Source: Candidatus Heimdallarchaeota archaeon (GTDB lineage: Archaea; Asgardarchaeota; Heimdallarchaeia; Heimdallarchaeales; Heimdallarchaeaceae). Taken from it: a DNA stretch of 37,562 bases. The notes under the pieces were generated by a model. The model saw only the letters and a list, made by a program, of their open reading frames with translations. It ran no database searches and was not told the origin of the DNA. A program made the translations under genes and the position numbers. This document shows positions 27,928-36,879 of this stretch, in pieces; the stretch's first letter is position 1, and each line of letters opens with the position of its first letter. Where the stretch lies: NCBI GenBank assembly GCA_016840095.1, contig JAEOSZ010000019.1, positions 1 through 37,562 of the forward strand, read 5' to 3'.

Positions 27928-29928
27928 CTACTCTTGAACTCCTTTTCTTATCCATATTAGCATTGAAGACTTACCACTATTACCCCAAGAATAGTAGGGT
28001 CTAGCAATCAAATACTTATTATCATTAATCTTTAGTTTAAGGAGGATTTTTCCTTCTGAATTGAAGTAAACTGGTTTATTTCCACGATTTACTTTTCCTT
28101 TTAGTACCTGTAAATCAGGATTATCAACGCTTTCAAAGCAGTAGATTAGTGGTCCTCTTGAAATTGCTATTCTATTTTTATTCTCCTTAACTTTTTTGTG
28201 AGATTCATGAATTTTAATTGGCATAGGAAAGATTATCTCAATTATGTTCTTTAATTTCCATTTTTCTTTCAAACTAACATAGTATGATCTAAAAGGAGAT
28301 ATCCCCGAAGCGGTATTTACTTCTTTCAATTCAAAATCATATTCATCTAGCTCTTTTCCGTTTACTTTTATTTCTGGATTTTTTGTCCAACTTGGAATTC
28401 GTAGATTTAAGAAGTAGTTCTGTTCCTCTTTGCATTGTAAATCGATTACTATTTTTCCCTCCCATGGCATTTCACTCTTTAGTTCAATATCAATTTCTGA
28501 TTCTTCTTGCTCAGTTAAAGGGATTGTTGTCTTATTGCCAATATATTGATGAATCCATAGATTAGTTTCATCATAACTATAGATGTACTTTGCCAAATTA
28601 CCCAGGGTTCTGGATATATTGGATGGACAACATGCAGTCTTATACCACTCTTTTCTCTCAACTGATTGATCTACCTCTAGAGGATTCCTATAGAAGTATT
28701 TTTTTCCGTTTTCAGACATTCCAACTAGTACTGCATTGTACAGCTGCCATTCAAGTAAATCAGCATATTTAGCATCTCCTGTTGATAAAAGCATTTCCCA
28801 ATTCCAGTAAACTGAACCTATGGCTGCACAAGTTTCATTATATGCATCCTTATTATTTAGCTCATAGTCTCTTCCAAAACCTTCAGTGAGTGGAAGAGAA
28901 CCAATTCCACCAGTAATATACATTTTTTTCTTTACCATTTCGTCCCAAGATCTTTGAAGAGATTTCAACAATTTTTTTTCTCCAGTTTCCTGAAAAATCA
29001 TTGTTGCAGCAGTCACAAGATATCCCCATCTTACACAGTGTCCTATAGGCTTTTTTTGACGTCTGAAAGGTTTATTCTGTTGAAGATATTTTCCTGAAAA
29101 TGCTGAGAAATAGAATCTTAGTTGATGTTTTTTTGAATCAAGTTCTGGCCACTCACTAAATAAAGATTCATTAGTTACTTCTGTACCATAATATGATTCT
29201 TTCTGTTTATTTACTGCTTCATTTCTCTTATTATGTGAAAAATTTTCTTTAAAAATCTGAAATCCGAAGAATAGAAATTTACCTCTTGCATCTATAAAGT
29301 TCTGTGCAAGCTCTAAATATTTCTCATCGTTTGTAAATCTATAAAGTTTAATAAGCGCAGTTTCAATTTCAGGATGACCTGGTGTTTCCTTTGGTGAAGG
29401 ATTACTAAACTCATCAACAAGTAAATCTGCAATTTTTTTACCTATGCTAAAGAATTTCTCTGATTTCGTTATTTTGTATGCTATTATAGATGCTTCAATT
29501 AGATGGCCAAGAATGTAAAGTTCATGCTCAATTTGATGATTAATCCACCTTTTGTCTGGAAAATGGATTTGGTTGTAAGTGAAAATATAGCCATCTTTTT
29601 CCTGAACTGATATTACTAAATTAAGATAGTCAGTAAGCAGTTTGAGAAGTTCGTTATTATCTTGAGATTGAAGAATTATAGCTGCTGCTTCTGCCCATTT
29701 ATGTGCATCTGAGTCTACATAGAAATAACCTTCACGGAATTTAGTTGATTCACCATTTAGAATTCTAAAATTAGTGATTGTTCCTACTTCTTCTAATTTT
29801 TTCCATTGATGAAATATAGCAGATTCTCTATTGATTTTTATTTTTTCAGACCAGAACTCATCTGTTATATCAATCTGCTTAATGGGTATTTCATCAGATA
29901 TTTTATATTTAGATAACTCCTTAATCAC
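27928..29928 (-). CDS. Glycoside hydrolase family 127 (beta-L-arabinofuranosidase-like, DUF1680)
   Basis: DSD..KW.EA, HELYILGHL, GHPEIE, GHCVR, EGF, YNETCA, ACCPSN (Cys/Zn catalytic motifs), RGPLIYC. Confidence 0.92.
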   Translation of the reverse strand: MIKELSKYKISDEIPIKQIDITDEFWSEKIKINRESAIFHQWKKLEEVGTITNFRILNGESTKFREGYFYVDSDAHKWAEAAAIILQSQDNNELLKLLTDYLNLVISVQEKDGYIFTYNQIHFPDKRWINHQIEHELYILGHLIEASIIAYKITKSEKFFSIGKKIADLLVDEFSNPSPKETPGHPEIETALIKLYRFTNDEKYLELAQNFIDARGKFLFFGFQIFKENFSHNKRNEAVNKQKESYYGTEVTNESLFSEWPELDSKKHQLRFYFSAFSGKYLQQNKPFRRQKKPIGHCVRWGYLVTAATMIFQETGEKKLLKSLQRSWDEMVKKKMYITGGIGSLPLTEGFGRDYELNNKDAYNETCAAIGSVYWNWEMLLSTGDAKYADLLEWQLYNAVLVGMSENGKKYFYRNPLEVDQSVERKEWYKTACCPSNISRTLGNLAKYIYSYDETNLWIHQYIGNKTTIPLTEQEESEIDIELKSEMPWEGKIVIDLQCKEEQNYFLNLRIPSWTKNPEIKVNGKELDEYDFELKEVNTASGISPFRSYYVSLKEKWKLKNIIEIIFPMPIKIHESHKKVKENKNRIAISRGPLIYCFESVDNPDLQVLKGKVNRGNKPVYFNSEGKILLKLKINDNKYLIARPYYSWGNSGKSSMLIWIRKGVQE

Positions 29929-29991
29929 ATCTCAAAAATACATTAGCACTATAAGAAATTTTGTAAAAATAAGAAAAGGATAAAAAAGAAT

Positions 29992-31086
29992 TTACTTCTT
30001 TTTCTTCATAAATCGTGGATCGATTTCTTCTCTTTGAGAAGCATCTTGATAGTTTTCTTTAGCTTGTTCTTTTGCTTCTTCAAGAGTTTCGTCAGAATGA
30101 CATATCCATCTCAAGTGAGTAGAAGCTGGTTTTCCGCACCATGGACAGAATAGATCATCTAAATATTCTATAATTCTGTTATGAGCAGATAAATTCCTTC
30201 TATGTTTTCCTCTCTCCTCGATAATTGGTTTTGTAAGTATCTCTGCTGCTTTCTTCTTTCCAACTGAAACCGCTTTTTTCACTGTTTCTATTTCGTCTTT
30301 TGGAATTTCTATGCTATATCCTTCTTTTGAGTCACCTATAACTTCTACAGGAATCCCTTCTGTTAAAATTGCTTCTTGCTCATCTCTAGGTACTTTCTTA
30401 ATTTGGGATACGAATTTACTAGCCTCATCTTTACCCATATCTTGTTCAACGATTTTCTCATAGGTACTTTTCTGTAAACTAGGATCACTAATTGTTGATA
30501 ATCTTGAAAGAATCCTTTCTGGTATTCTCTCATCCGCAGGTTTACCTAACTCTTCAGAAATAATATCTGGAGCAACGCTAGCAGCTTCTAACCATAATCG
30601 TAAAGTGTTAGATTTAATATGAATCTTTGCACAAATCTCATCAATTTTTTCTTCAGTTGGTATTAATGAAAGGTTTCTAGATTTTTTCCTTTCAATACTG
30701 TTAATAATATTTGCAAGACTTTTAGGAGTTTGAACAATACCTTCACTTCTAAAGACCTCCATAACTCCTCTACCTTTCTCAATCATGTAAAGGTCTTTTC
30801 GATGAATATTTTCTATTAAAGATTCTATTCTTTGTTGACTCTCATCAATCTCTTTTACAATTGCATATATCTTGTTCAATCCTGCAAATTGTGCAGCTCT
30901 CCATCTTCTTTCTCCAGCAATTATCTGATAAGATTCATCTCCAGTTTGTCTGACTAAAATAGGATTTAGCAGATCATATGCTTTAATTGAATTAGCCAGT
31001 TCTTCAATAGCATCTTTATCGAAGGTTTCTCTTGGCTGAAAAGGGCTTGGACTTATTTTTTCTACAGGAATTTGCACGATTTCCAT
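29992..31086 (-). CDS. parB: ParB/Spo0J-family protein with a C-terminal Cys/His motif
   Basis: PSPFQPRETFD, LANSIK, PILVR, IIAGERRWRAA, ENIHRKDL. Confidence 0.85.
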   Translation of the reverse strand: MEIVQIPVEKISPSPFQPRETFDKDAIEELANSIKAYDLLNPILVRQTGDESYQIIAGERRWRAAQFAGLNKIYAIVKEIDESQQRIESLIENIHRKDLYMIEKGRGVMEVFRSEGIVQTPKSLANIINSIERKKSRNLSLIPTEEKIDEICAKIHIKSNTLRLWLEAASVAPDIISEELGKPADERIPERILSRLSTISDPSLQKSTYEKIVEQDMGKDEASKFVSQIKKVPRDEQEAILTEGIPVEVIGDSKEGYSIEIPKDEIETVKKAVSVGKKKAAEILTKPIIEERGKHRRNLSAHNRIIEYLDDLFCPWCGKPASTHLRWICHSDETLEEAKEQAKENYQDASQREEIDPRFMKKKK

Positions 31087-31092
31087 TTAATT

Positions 31093-31323
31093 TCACCCAT
31101 GTTCTTTTATTAATTCAAAAGCAATATCTTTCCAAGGGTATTGCTCTATCACCCAACTATCTTCTTCTGTATTGATACAGAGAAGTTTAACACTTTCACC
31201 ATTACCATTTTTCACTACTTCTTTCATCTGAGTTATTGCCTCTGGTCGAGTAGTGAATATCCATTTTTCTGTACCAGCATCTAGAACATAGAATTGATTA
31301 TCATCTAATTTCAAAGTTTTCAC
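31093..31323 (-). CDS. Small hypothetical protein in an operon with ParB
   Basis: Its stop TGA overlaps the GGTGA site of parB; 6-nt gap. Confidence 0.7.
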   Translation of the reverse strand: MKTLKLDDNQFYVLDAGTEKWIFTTRPEAITQMKEVVKNGNGESVKLLCINTEEDSWVIEQYPWKDIAFELIKEHG

Positions 31324-31376
31324 CTAGATTCATCGTAGAACGCATTCTTGGGATGTTTTACATTATAATTTTCATG

Positions 31377-31395
31377 AATCACTTAAAAAGTGATT
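31377..31395. promoter_or_regulatory. Perfect inverted repeat AATCACTT-AAA-AAGTGATT overlapping the putative TATA (TTTTTAAG, minus strand) of the parB operon
   Basis: 8-bp arms and 3-bp spacer read directly from the sequence. Confidence 0.45.
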
Positions 31396-31497
31396 GTATT
31401 ACTACGATACAAAAACGTATTAAGAACTTTTTTGTCGGGAAGATTTTAGGATCGGAGTAATTTACAAATTTCTAAATAGGTTTGTACAGTTTAGACA

Positions 31498-31513
31498 TGA
31501 AAAATATTTTTCA
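31498..31513. repeat. 16-bp perfect palindrome TGAAAAATATTTTTCA
   Basis: Read directly; lies between the parB operon and degV. Confidence 0.45.
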
Positions 31514-31580
31514 GAAGAAATCAATTTTTTACTCGTAGTATCAACTAAAAGAATATTAATCCCTTTCGTATAGCACTCTT

Positions 31581-32453
31581 GTGACTAACTCGTATTCGAT
31601 TGTGATAGATTCACCATCAGATTTCCCTAAGAAATTAGAAGAACAACATGATATATTCATTGTTCCAGCTAGAGTACTTATAGGTAGAACAAACTATGCA
31701 GACGGAGTAGGAATTACCCGTGAAAAAATTTTGCATGATCTTGTTAATTCAAAAGAAGATATCAGATCTCAGGAAGCTCCTCCTGGTAATTTTCTCGAAG
31801 TTTTCGAAAAAGCAATGGAAGTTTCAGATCATATTCTATATATTTCTATTAGTCATAAACTAAGTAAGTCTTATCATAGTGCAACAATTGCTGCTAGAAA
31901 ATTTAGAGGAAGAATTACGCTTATTGATACTCTTTCTATTTCTCATGGAGTCACTATGATGGCTCATCATGCACTGCTAAGAAGAGAACAAGGTATGGAA
32001 CTAGCTCCTCTGGTTGGAGAGATTACTGAAATGATGAACAATACACGAGTTTATGTCTTAGTTGAAGAACTAAAATACCTCTATAAAGGAGGTAGAATTG
32101 GAAGAGCTCAACAAACTATTGGATCATTGTTAAACATGAAACCTATGCTTCATCTAGTGGATGGAGAATTAGATGCTTTAATGAGTATTAGAGGAGCAAA
32201 AGCTGGCTACAAATTCATGGAAGAAAAGGTTATAGAGCATGCAGGGGAGTTCGGAGATTTTGCTTTATCAGGATCTTATGGATCAGATAATAAAAAGTTT
32301 GAAGAACTATCAAATTCTCTCAATGAGAGATTGAACCCTTTAAGCTACCTCTACGAATCTATAGGTCCAGCTGTTTCTTGCAATGTTGGACCAAAAGTAG
32401 AAGCATTCTTCATTACAAAATTACCTAAAAATTCAGCTGATTTATACAAATAA
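31581..32453 (+). CDS. DegV/FakB-family fatty-acid-binding protein (copy 2)
   Basis: IVIDSPSD, ISHKLSKS, LKYLYKGGRIG, KPML, VGP. Confidence 0.9.
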   Translation: MTNSYSIVIDSPSDFPKKLEEQHDIFIVPARVLIGRTNYADGVGITREKILHDLVNSKEDIRSQEAPPGNFLEVFEKAMEVSDHILYISISHKLSKSYHSATIAARKFRGRITLIDTLSISHGVTMMAHHALLRREQGMELAPLVGEITEMMNNTRVYVLVEELKYLYKGGRIGRAQQTIGSLLNMKPMLHLVDGELDALMSIRGAKAGYKFMEEKVIEHAGEFGDFALSGSYGSDNKKFEELSNSLNERLNPLSYLYESIGPAVSCNVGPKVEAFFITKLPKNSADLYK

Positions 32454-32462
32454 GAAGAACTT

Positions 32463-33278
32463 CTATTCTTTTATTGCCTTTATTGTGAAAACCATAGGAA
32501 GATTGTATTTGTCATCTTTGAATGTCCAAATACCTTTATTTTTCTCTTCCATGAATGGATATTGAGGAAAGAAGGTATATGGGTACTCTTTTACTTCTTG
32601 AATCTTTAATCCAACTTTAATTAGTGATGTAATAATATCCCCAAAAGTATGTTGCCAATTATAGTTGTCAACATTTAGAAGTAAGTTTTCTTGTTCTGTG
32701 TAGGTATATTCAGAAGTATAATGAAGAGGTTCTTTCCCATAGAAATAGGGATACTTGTATTCCAGCTTATCTTTGTTCTCATCATCAAAAATCCATAAGA
32801 ATGGATGAAATTCTGCTATGAAAAATGTACCTCCTTTCTTCAGATATCTTGAAATCAATTTAGCCCATTTTTCTAAATCAGGTAACCAACATAATACACC
32901 ATAAGAAGTAAAAACAATGTCAAATTCCTCATCTAGTTTAGAAGGAAGGTCATAAATATTTGAACAAATAAATTTAGCAGGAAGTTTGAGATGTTCATTA
33001 AGTTCATTTGCTAAATCAATTGAATTATTAGAAAAATCCACTCCTGTCACTTCAGCTCCTAATCTAGCCCAAGAAAGAGTATCCATTCCAAATTGACATT
33101 GAAGATGTAGTAAAGTTTTGTTTTCAACTTCTCCTAAACCCACCAATTCTATCTCATGTAAACTGTTTTGTCCTTTTAGAAAACCTTCCAAATCATAATC
33201 TGAGGATTTTGCATGAATCTTACATGCTTCATTCCATCTAGCAAGATTAGCTTTCATAAATTCATCCAATTTAATCAA
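32463..33278 (-). CDS. Class I SAM-dependent methyltransferase
   Basis: LLHLQCQFGMDT..GAEVTGVDFS, FDIVFTSYGVLCW, LKKGG, EFHP. Confidence 0.92.
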   Translation of the reverse strand: MIKLDEFMKANLARWNEACKIHAKSSDYDLEGFLKGQNSLHEIELVGLGEVENKTLLHLQCQFGMDTLSWARLGAEVTGVDFSNNSIDLANELNEHLKLPAKFICSNIYDLPSKLDEEFDIVFTSYGVLCWLPDLEKWAKLISRYLKKGGTFFIAEFHPFLWIFDDENKDKLEYKYPYFYGKEPLHYTSEYTYTEQENLLLNVDNYNWQHTFGDIITSLIKVGLKIQEVKEYPYTFFPQYPFMEEKNKGIWTFKDDKYNLPMVFTIKAIKE

Positions 33279-33335
33279 ATGAAATGACTACTAATTTCTT
33301 AAATGATTAACGATAGGAGAGAAAAAAAGAAGAAA

Positions 33336-34118
33336 TTACTCTTTTGGAAGTTTAGCTTCTCTTGTTGCAGGATTGAATTCAATTGCACCTAATTCTTCTA
33401 AAGCTGTTAAAGCTGATTTAGTAACAACAGCTGTAGAATCAAGTAAGTCAGCCAACTCATTAATTGTCATGCTTTTGGGATGTGCTTCAGCTAGTGCAAG
33501 GTAAATCTTCCCTTGTTCAGTAGAATTAAGGATAATTCGAATACTTTCATTCTGAGCTCTCACAGGTTCCTCTTTTGCTTTGAAGTCTGTAAACTCTTTT
33601 TGAGTTGATGCTAAATCTTTTTTCAACTCTTTCTTGAGATTATCAGTTTGTTTAAATGTCAATTCTAAGTTTTCATAATCAGCTTGAAGTTTAGCAAGTT
33701 TATTGACAGTTTCTTCATATTGTTCTTCGATTTTCTTAAGATTCTTTTCTTTTTCACTTATGATAACATCTTTTTCTTTGATTTGAGTTCTTAAGTCCTC
33801 TAGAAGTACATCTTTTTCTGCTGCTTTCTCTAGCTCTGATTCAAGTTCTTCCTGAAAAGCATTAAATTCACTTATTGTTTGTTTTAGTAATTTCTCTTGT
33901 TCTTTGAATTTTTCAGTAAAACTAGTATTTGTTGATTTGAGTTCAATTTGAACACTTTTCAATCCATTATCGGCATCTTTAGAAGATTTTTCTAATTTTT
34001 CTAATTTTGAATCCTTCTGTTTCTTTTCATCATTGAGAAACTTCTCAAGTGTCCTAATTTTAATCTCTATATTCTTAATATCGTCAGTTAATTCTTCATT
34101 GCTTTTCTTTTTAGGCAT
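33336..34118 (-). CDS. Long coiled-coil protein with a C-terminal winged helix-turn-helix
   Basis: About 190 aa of heptad-rich K/E/L sequence, then KIYLAL..MTINELADLL..TKSALTALEELGAIEF; AGGTGA site. Confidence 0.75.
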   Translation of the reverse strand: MPKKKSNEELTDDIKNIEIKIRTLEKFLNDEKKQKDSKLEKLEKSSKDADNGLKSVQIELKSTNTSFTEKFKEQEKLLKQTISEFNAFQEELESELEKAAEKDVLLEDLRTQIKEKDVIISEKEKNLKKIEEQYEETVNKLAKLQADYENLELTFKQTDNLKKELKKDLASTQKEFTDFKAKEEPVRAQNESIRIILNSTEQGKIYLALAEAHPKSMTINELADLLDSTAVVTKSALTALEELGAIEFNPATREAKLPKE

Positions 34119-34234
34119 AATATCACCTAAGAATGTATATTATACACTTACAGAAAGACATGTTTTAAAGATTGCTTAAAGGGAAAAGAGGAATTTCAAA
34201 ACAAGGAGAAGAAAAAGAAAGTAGAAGTGTAAAG

Positions 34235-34498
34235 TTAATGAAATGTTCCAATAACCTTAAACTTCATTGCTAATGCTGCAGTTCTTTCTTTTTCTAGTTC
34301 TTGCTTGATTTTATAGTTTAGATAAGCTTCATATCCTGGACAGTTTCTATTATCATATTGACATTCAAATAGTGTCTCAGCGAGTTGATCTATTATTTTT
34401 ATGACTTTGTCTTCATTTTCAATATCAATATTAGACAGTACTTTCACATTCTTGAAGGATTTGATTAGCTCGCTTCTATATTCTGATTTCAGTGCCAT
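34235..34498 (-). CDS. 87-aa helical hypothetical protein (paralog B)
   Basis: Re-started at ATG 34498 (MALKSEY) after a GAGGTG site; ungapped similarity to 34602..34865. Confidence 0.8.
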   Translation of the reverse strand: MALKSEYRSELIKSFKNVKVLSNIDIENEDKVIKIIDQLAETLFECQYDNRNCPGYEAYLNYKIKQELEKERTAALAMKFKVIGTFH

Positions 34499-34547
34499 CA
34501 CTACCACCTCTATTATTCTATTATTTCTGTTCTTATTAACTATCAAC

Positions 34548-34571
34548 CACAACTTGTGAGTACAACTTGTG
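34548..34571. promoter_or_regulatory. Tandem (C/T)ACAACTTGTG palindromic repeats, a candidate operator
   Basis: CACAACTTGTG at 34548 and TACAACTTGTG at 34561, just downstream of a minus-strand TTTTTAAT box. Confidence 0.5.
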
Positions 34572-34601
34572 TCATTTTCATACATTAAAAAACTAAAGAG
34601 G

Positions 34602-34865
34602 TTAAAGGAAGGAACCTTTATGCAAAAGAAGCTTAGACAGGGATGCGTTTTGCTCTTTCTTAAGAGCGGTGCGGAGGAGATGATTCTCATACTTATCATG
34701 ATCTGATGAGTACTCGTGTGCAAGGTTATAATTATACATATTCTCTGCGACCTGTGTAAGAATCTGGAATAAGTTCTCTTCTTCAACTATCTCGAAATTA
34801 TACAGTTCTTTTAATGCTCTGAAACTCCTTATCAATTCATTTCTTTGATCTACTTTCAATACCAT
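34602..34865 (-). CDS. 87-aa helical hypothetical protein (paralog A)
   Basis: ATG at 34865 (MVLKVDQ) after AGGTGA; same length as paralog B. Confidence 0.8.
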   Translation of the reverse strand: MVLKVDQRNELIRSFRALKELYNFEIVEEENLFQILTQVAENMYNYNLAHEYSSDHDKYENHLLRTALKKEQNASLSKLLLHKGSFL

Positions 34866-34916
34866 TTCATTTTTCACCTGATATTTCTTATTCCTTAGAG
34901 AGATTTAATATCAATT

Positions 34917-34933
34917 TTCTCACTCTCTGAGAA
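34917..34933. promoter_or_regulatory. Inverted repeat TTCTCA-N5-TGAGAA, a candidate operator
   Basis: Lies downstream of the minus-strand TATA CTTTATAT (34951-34958). Confidence 0.4.
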
Positions 34934-35062
34934 CTCATTCCTATAGACATATATAAAGATTACTTATTGTGCGAATGTTGTTTGTATTTAGAAGAACTTA
35001 TTCTTGTCTCAACGAAAGTTTAATATATGTTTTTGCGAACAAATTATTGGGTGAAGTAAAAT

Positions 35063-35986
35063 ATGAGCACACCAGAAGCATTTAACGACGTTCCTGATGC
35101 CGACAAATACGAAGAAGTTTTCAACATAAAGCAAGTTGAAATCGTTAAAGATCGCGACAGAGTTGAAATGTTCTATGATCAAGGCTATTGGCCGATTCTG
35201 GCAATTTTGAGAGATGGACGTTTAACAGTTAGAGAAATTACAGAGAAATCAAATGAATTAATTGTGAAAAAAGAACGACCTAAACTCAAAGAAAAATTAG
35301 ACAGTTGGGAAATCCCAACTGATAAAGAAAAGTTAGAAAAACTCCTAAAAAAAATTTCTGATTGGGAAATTCTACAAGTTAAAATCTCTGAAAAAGATGA
35401 TACTAAAAAGGAATATATCAGAGTTTTGGATGATGATAAAATTGCAAAATTAGTTAAGAAGGAAAAGCTTTCCGAAAACGATGAGAATCTTATCAAAGAT
35501 GTTACTTTGTTGTATAAGCTTGATAATCATAAAAAATCAGATAAAACAATTTATCGTTATGTTAACGAACTCACACAGTCTGGATTACTTATAAAGGCAG
35601 GTCAACGAGTTATCACTGGTAAAACAGCTACTGAAACACTGTATACACGTAAAGCTAAAATTTTTCTATTGCGTCAACAGGAACATGATACTTGGCAATG
35701 CACAGATTGTAAAGCAACACTCTCAAAAGTAGGAGCATTAATCGGGTTATCTAAAAATATGGATCCTCCATCAGTAGATGATCTAGCTAACCTAATGTCA
35801 AACGTTGATGTTTTTCATGAAGATGAACAAATTAGATTATTCGAACAATATGAAAAAGAAGTTCTTGAAATCATAAAGGATTGTAGTTTCAAGGAAACCT
35901 CACATATTCTAAGTACTTTTAAAACAGTTTATCTTTTGTTAAATTATAAGGAATTTGAAAATGAACTAAAGAAGTGCTGTAATTAA
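35063..35986 (+). CDS. ArsR-like winged-HTH protein with a large insertion in the HTH
   Basis: ILAILRDGRLTVREI ... SDKTIYRYVNELTQSGLL..AG.R..TE.LY.R.AKIF. Confidence 0.75.
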   Translation: MSTPEAFNDVPDADKYEEVFNIKQVEIVKDRDRVEMFYDQGYWPILAILRDGRLTVREITEKSNELIVKKERPKLKEKLDSWEIPTDKEKLEKLLKKISDWEILQVKISEKDDTKKEYIRVLDDDKIAKLVKKEKLSENDENLIKDVTLLYKLDNHKKSDKTIYRYVNELTQSGLLIKAGQRVITGKTATETLYTRKAKIFLLRQQEHDTWQCTDCKATLSKVGALIGLSKNMDPPSVDDLANLMSNVDVFHEDEQIRLFEQYEKEVLEIIKDCSFKETSHILSTFKTVYLLLNYKEFENELKKCCN

Positions 35987-36080
35987 TCTCTAAGCCCTCT
36001 TTATTCTCGACAATTTCTTTTTATCTACAAAAACGAAATTATTTTGATTAAACCATTATTATTAGAGAAATATTAAATAC

Positions 36081-36815
36081 ATGATTTTCTTTGATTACTT
36101 GTCTATGATGGGAAATGATGATCAGAGTAATCCAGAATTTAAAGACTTCATTGATCCAAATTTCAAGCAAGAAGGTTTCAAGATAATTGAAGGAGTAGAA
36201 GCAATTGAATTCTTCAGTGATTCAAATTACAAAATGGTTTTAACTATTTTACGTGACAAACCTATGTCAGTGAAGGAAATTACTAAAAAATATAACCAGA
36301 TTATTGAAGAAAAAAGTAAGCAACTCAAATGGACCAAAAAAGAAAAGGAAAACAGATTAAGAACAGATAAAACTCTTTACAGATATATCAAAGATTTGCT
36401 TAGAGTTGGTTTAGTGGTTCAAGCTGGACAAAGAGTTGTAATTGGTAGAACAATTACGGAAGCTCTCTTCTCAAGATCAGCTCTTATTTTCTATTCTGAT
36501 GAGGGATCAATAGAATGGTGGAGAAGTAAGGCAGGGGATGAAGTAATAGAAACGACTGCAGAATTGCTAGAGCTTTACCTTGAAATCCCTAAACCTTCAT
36601 TGGATTGTTTAAAGGGAATCGTAACTAAAATTGTAGAATACAATCAGACTGAATTCTTCAATGTGTTTGAGAACAAAGTAGAGAGAGCCAAAAAAGTAGT
36701 CTACTCATCAGAAGGCCCAGAAATAGATAGAGCAATAAGAATTGTTGATTTAATACTTACAATTTTAAAATCAGCAGAATATGAAAAAGAATTAAAAGAC
36801 TGCCTTGGAATCTAA
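36081..36815 (+). CDS. ArsR-like winged-HTH protein, tandem paralog of 35063..35986
   Basis: VLTILRDKPMSVKEI ... TDKTLYRYIKDLLRVGLV.QAGQRV..TEALFSRSALIF. The start may be ATG 36105 or 36108. Confidence 0.75.
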   Translation: MIFFDYLSMMGNDDQSNPEFKDFIDPNFKQEGFKIIEGVEAIEFFSDSNYKMVLTILRDKPMSVKEITKKYNQIIEEKSKQLKWTKKEKENRLRTDKTLYRYIKDLLRVGLVVQAGQRVVIGRTITEALFSRSALIFYSDEGSIEWWRSKAGDEVIETTAELLELYLEIPKPSLDCLKGIVTKIVEYNQTEFFNVFENKVERAKKVVYSSEGPEIDRAIRIVDLILTILKSAEYEKELKDCLGI

Positions 36816-36879
36816 TTTTCCTTTAAATAGGACCTTCTTACAAGGTAAATATATATAGTAGTTTTTTCAAGCGTTAAAT

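Noticed and set aside
29992-31323. parB region as an integrated mobile element
   Set aside because: No integrase, transposase, att repeats, tRNA or obvious compositional shift is visible
34499-34786. N-terminal 96 aa of the 183-aa ORF 34235..34786
   Set aside because: Overlaps the paralogous gene in another frame; the SD site and paralog alignment place the start at 34498
8987-35496. Other nested or antisense ORFs (e.g. 8987, 9649, 10867, 13400, 14183, 17219, 18441, 22757, 28383, 35185)
   Set aside because: All lie within well-supported genes and have no recognisable motifs
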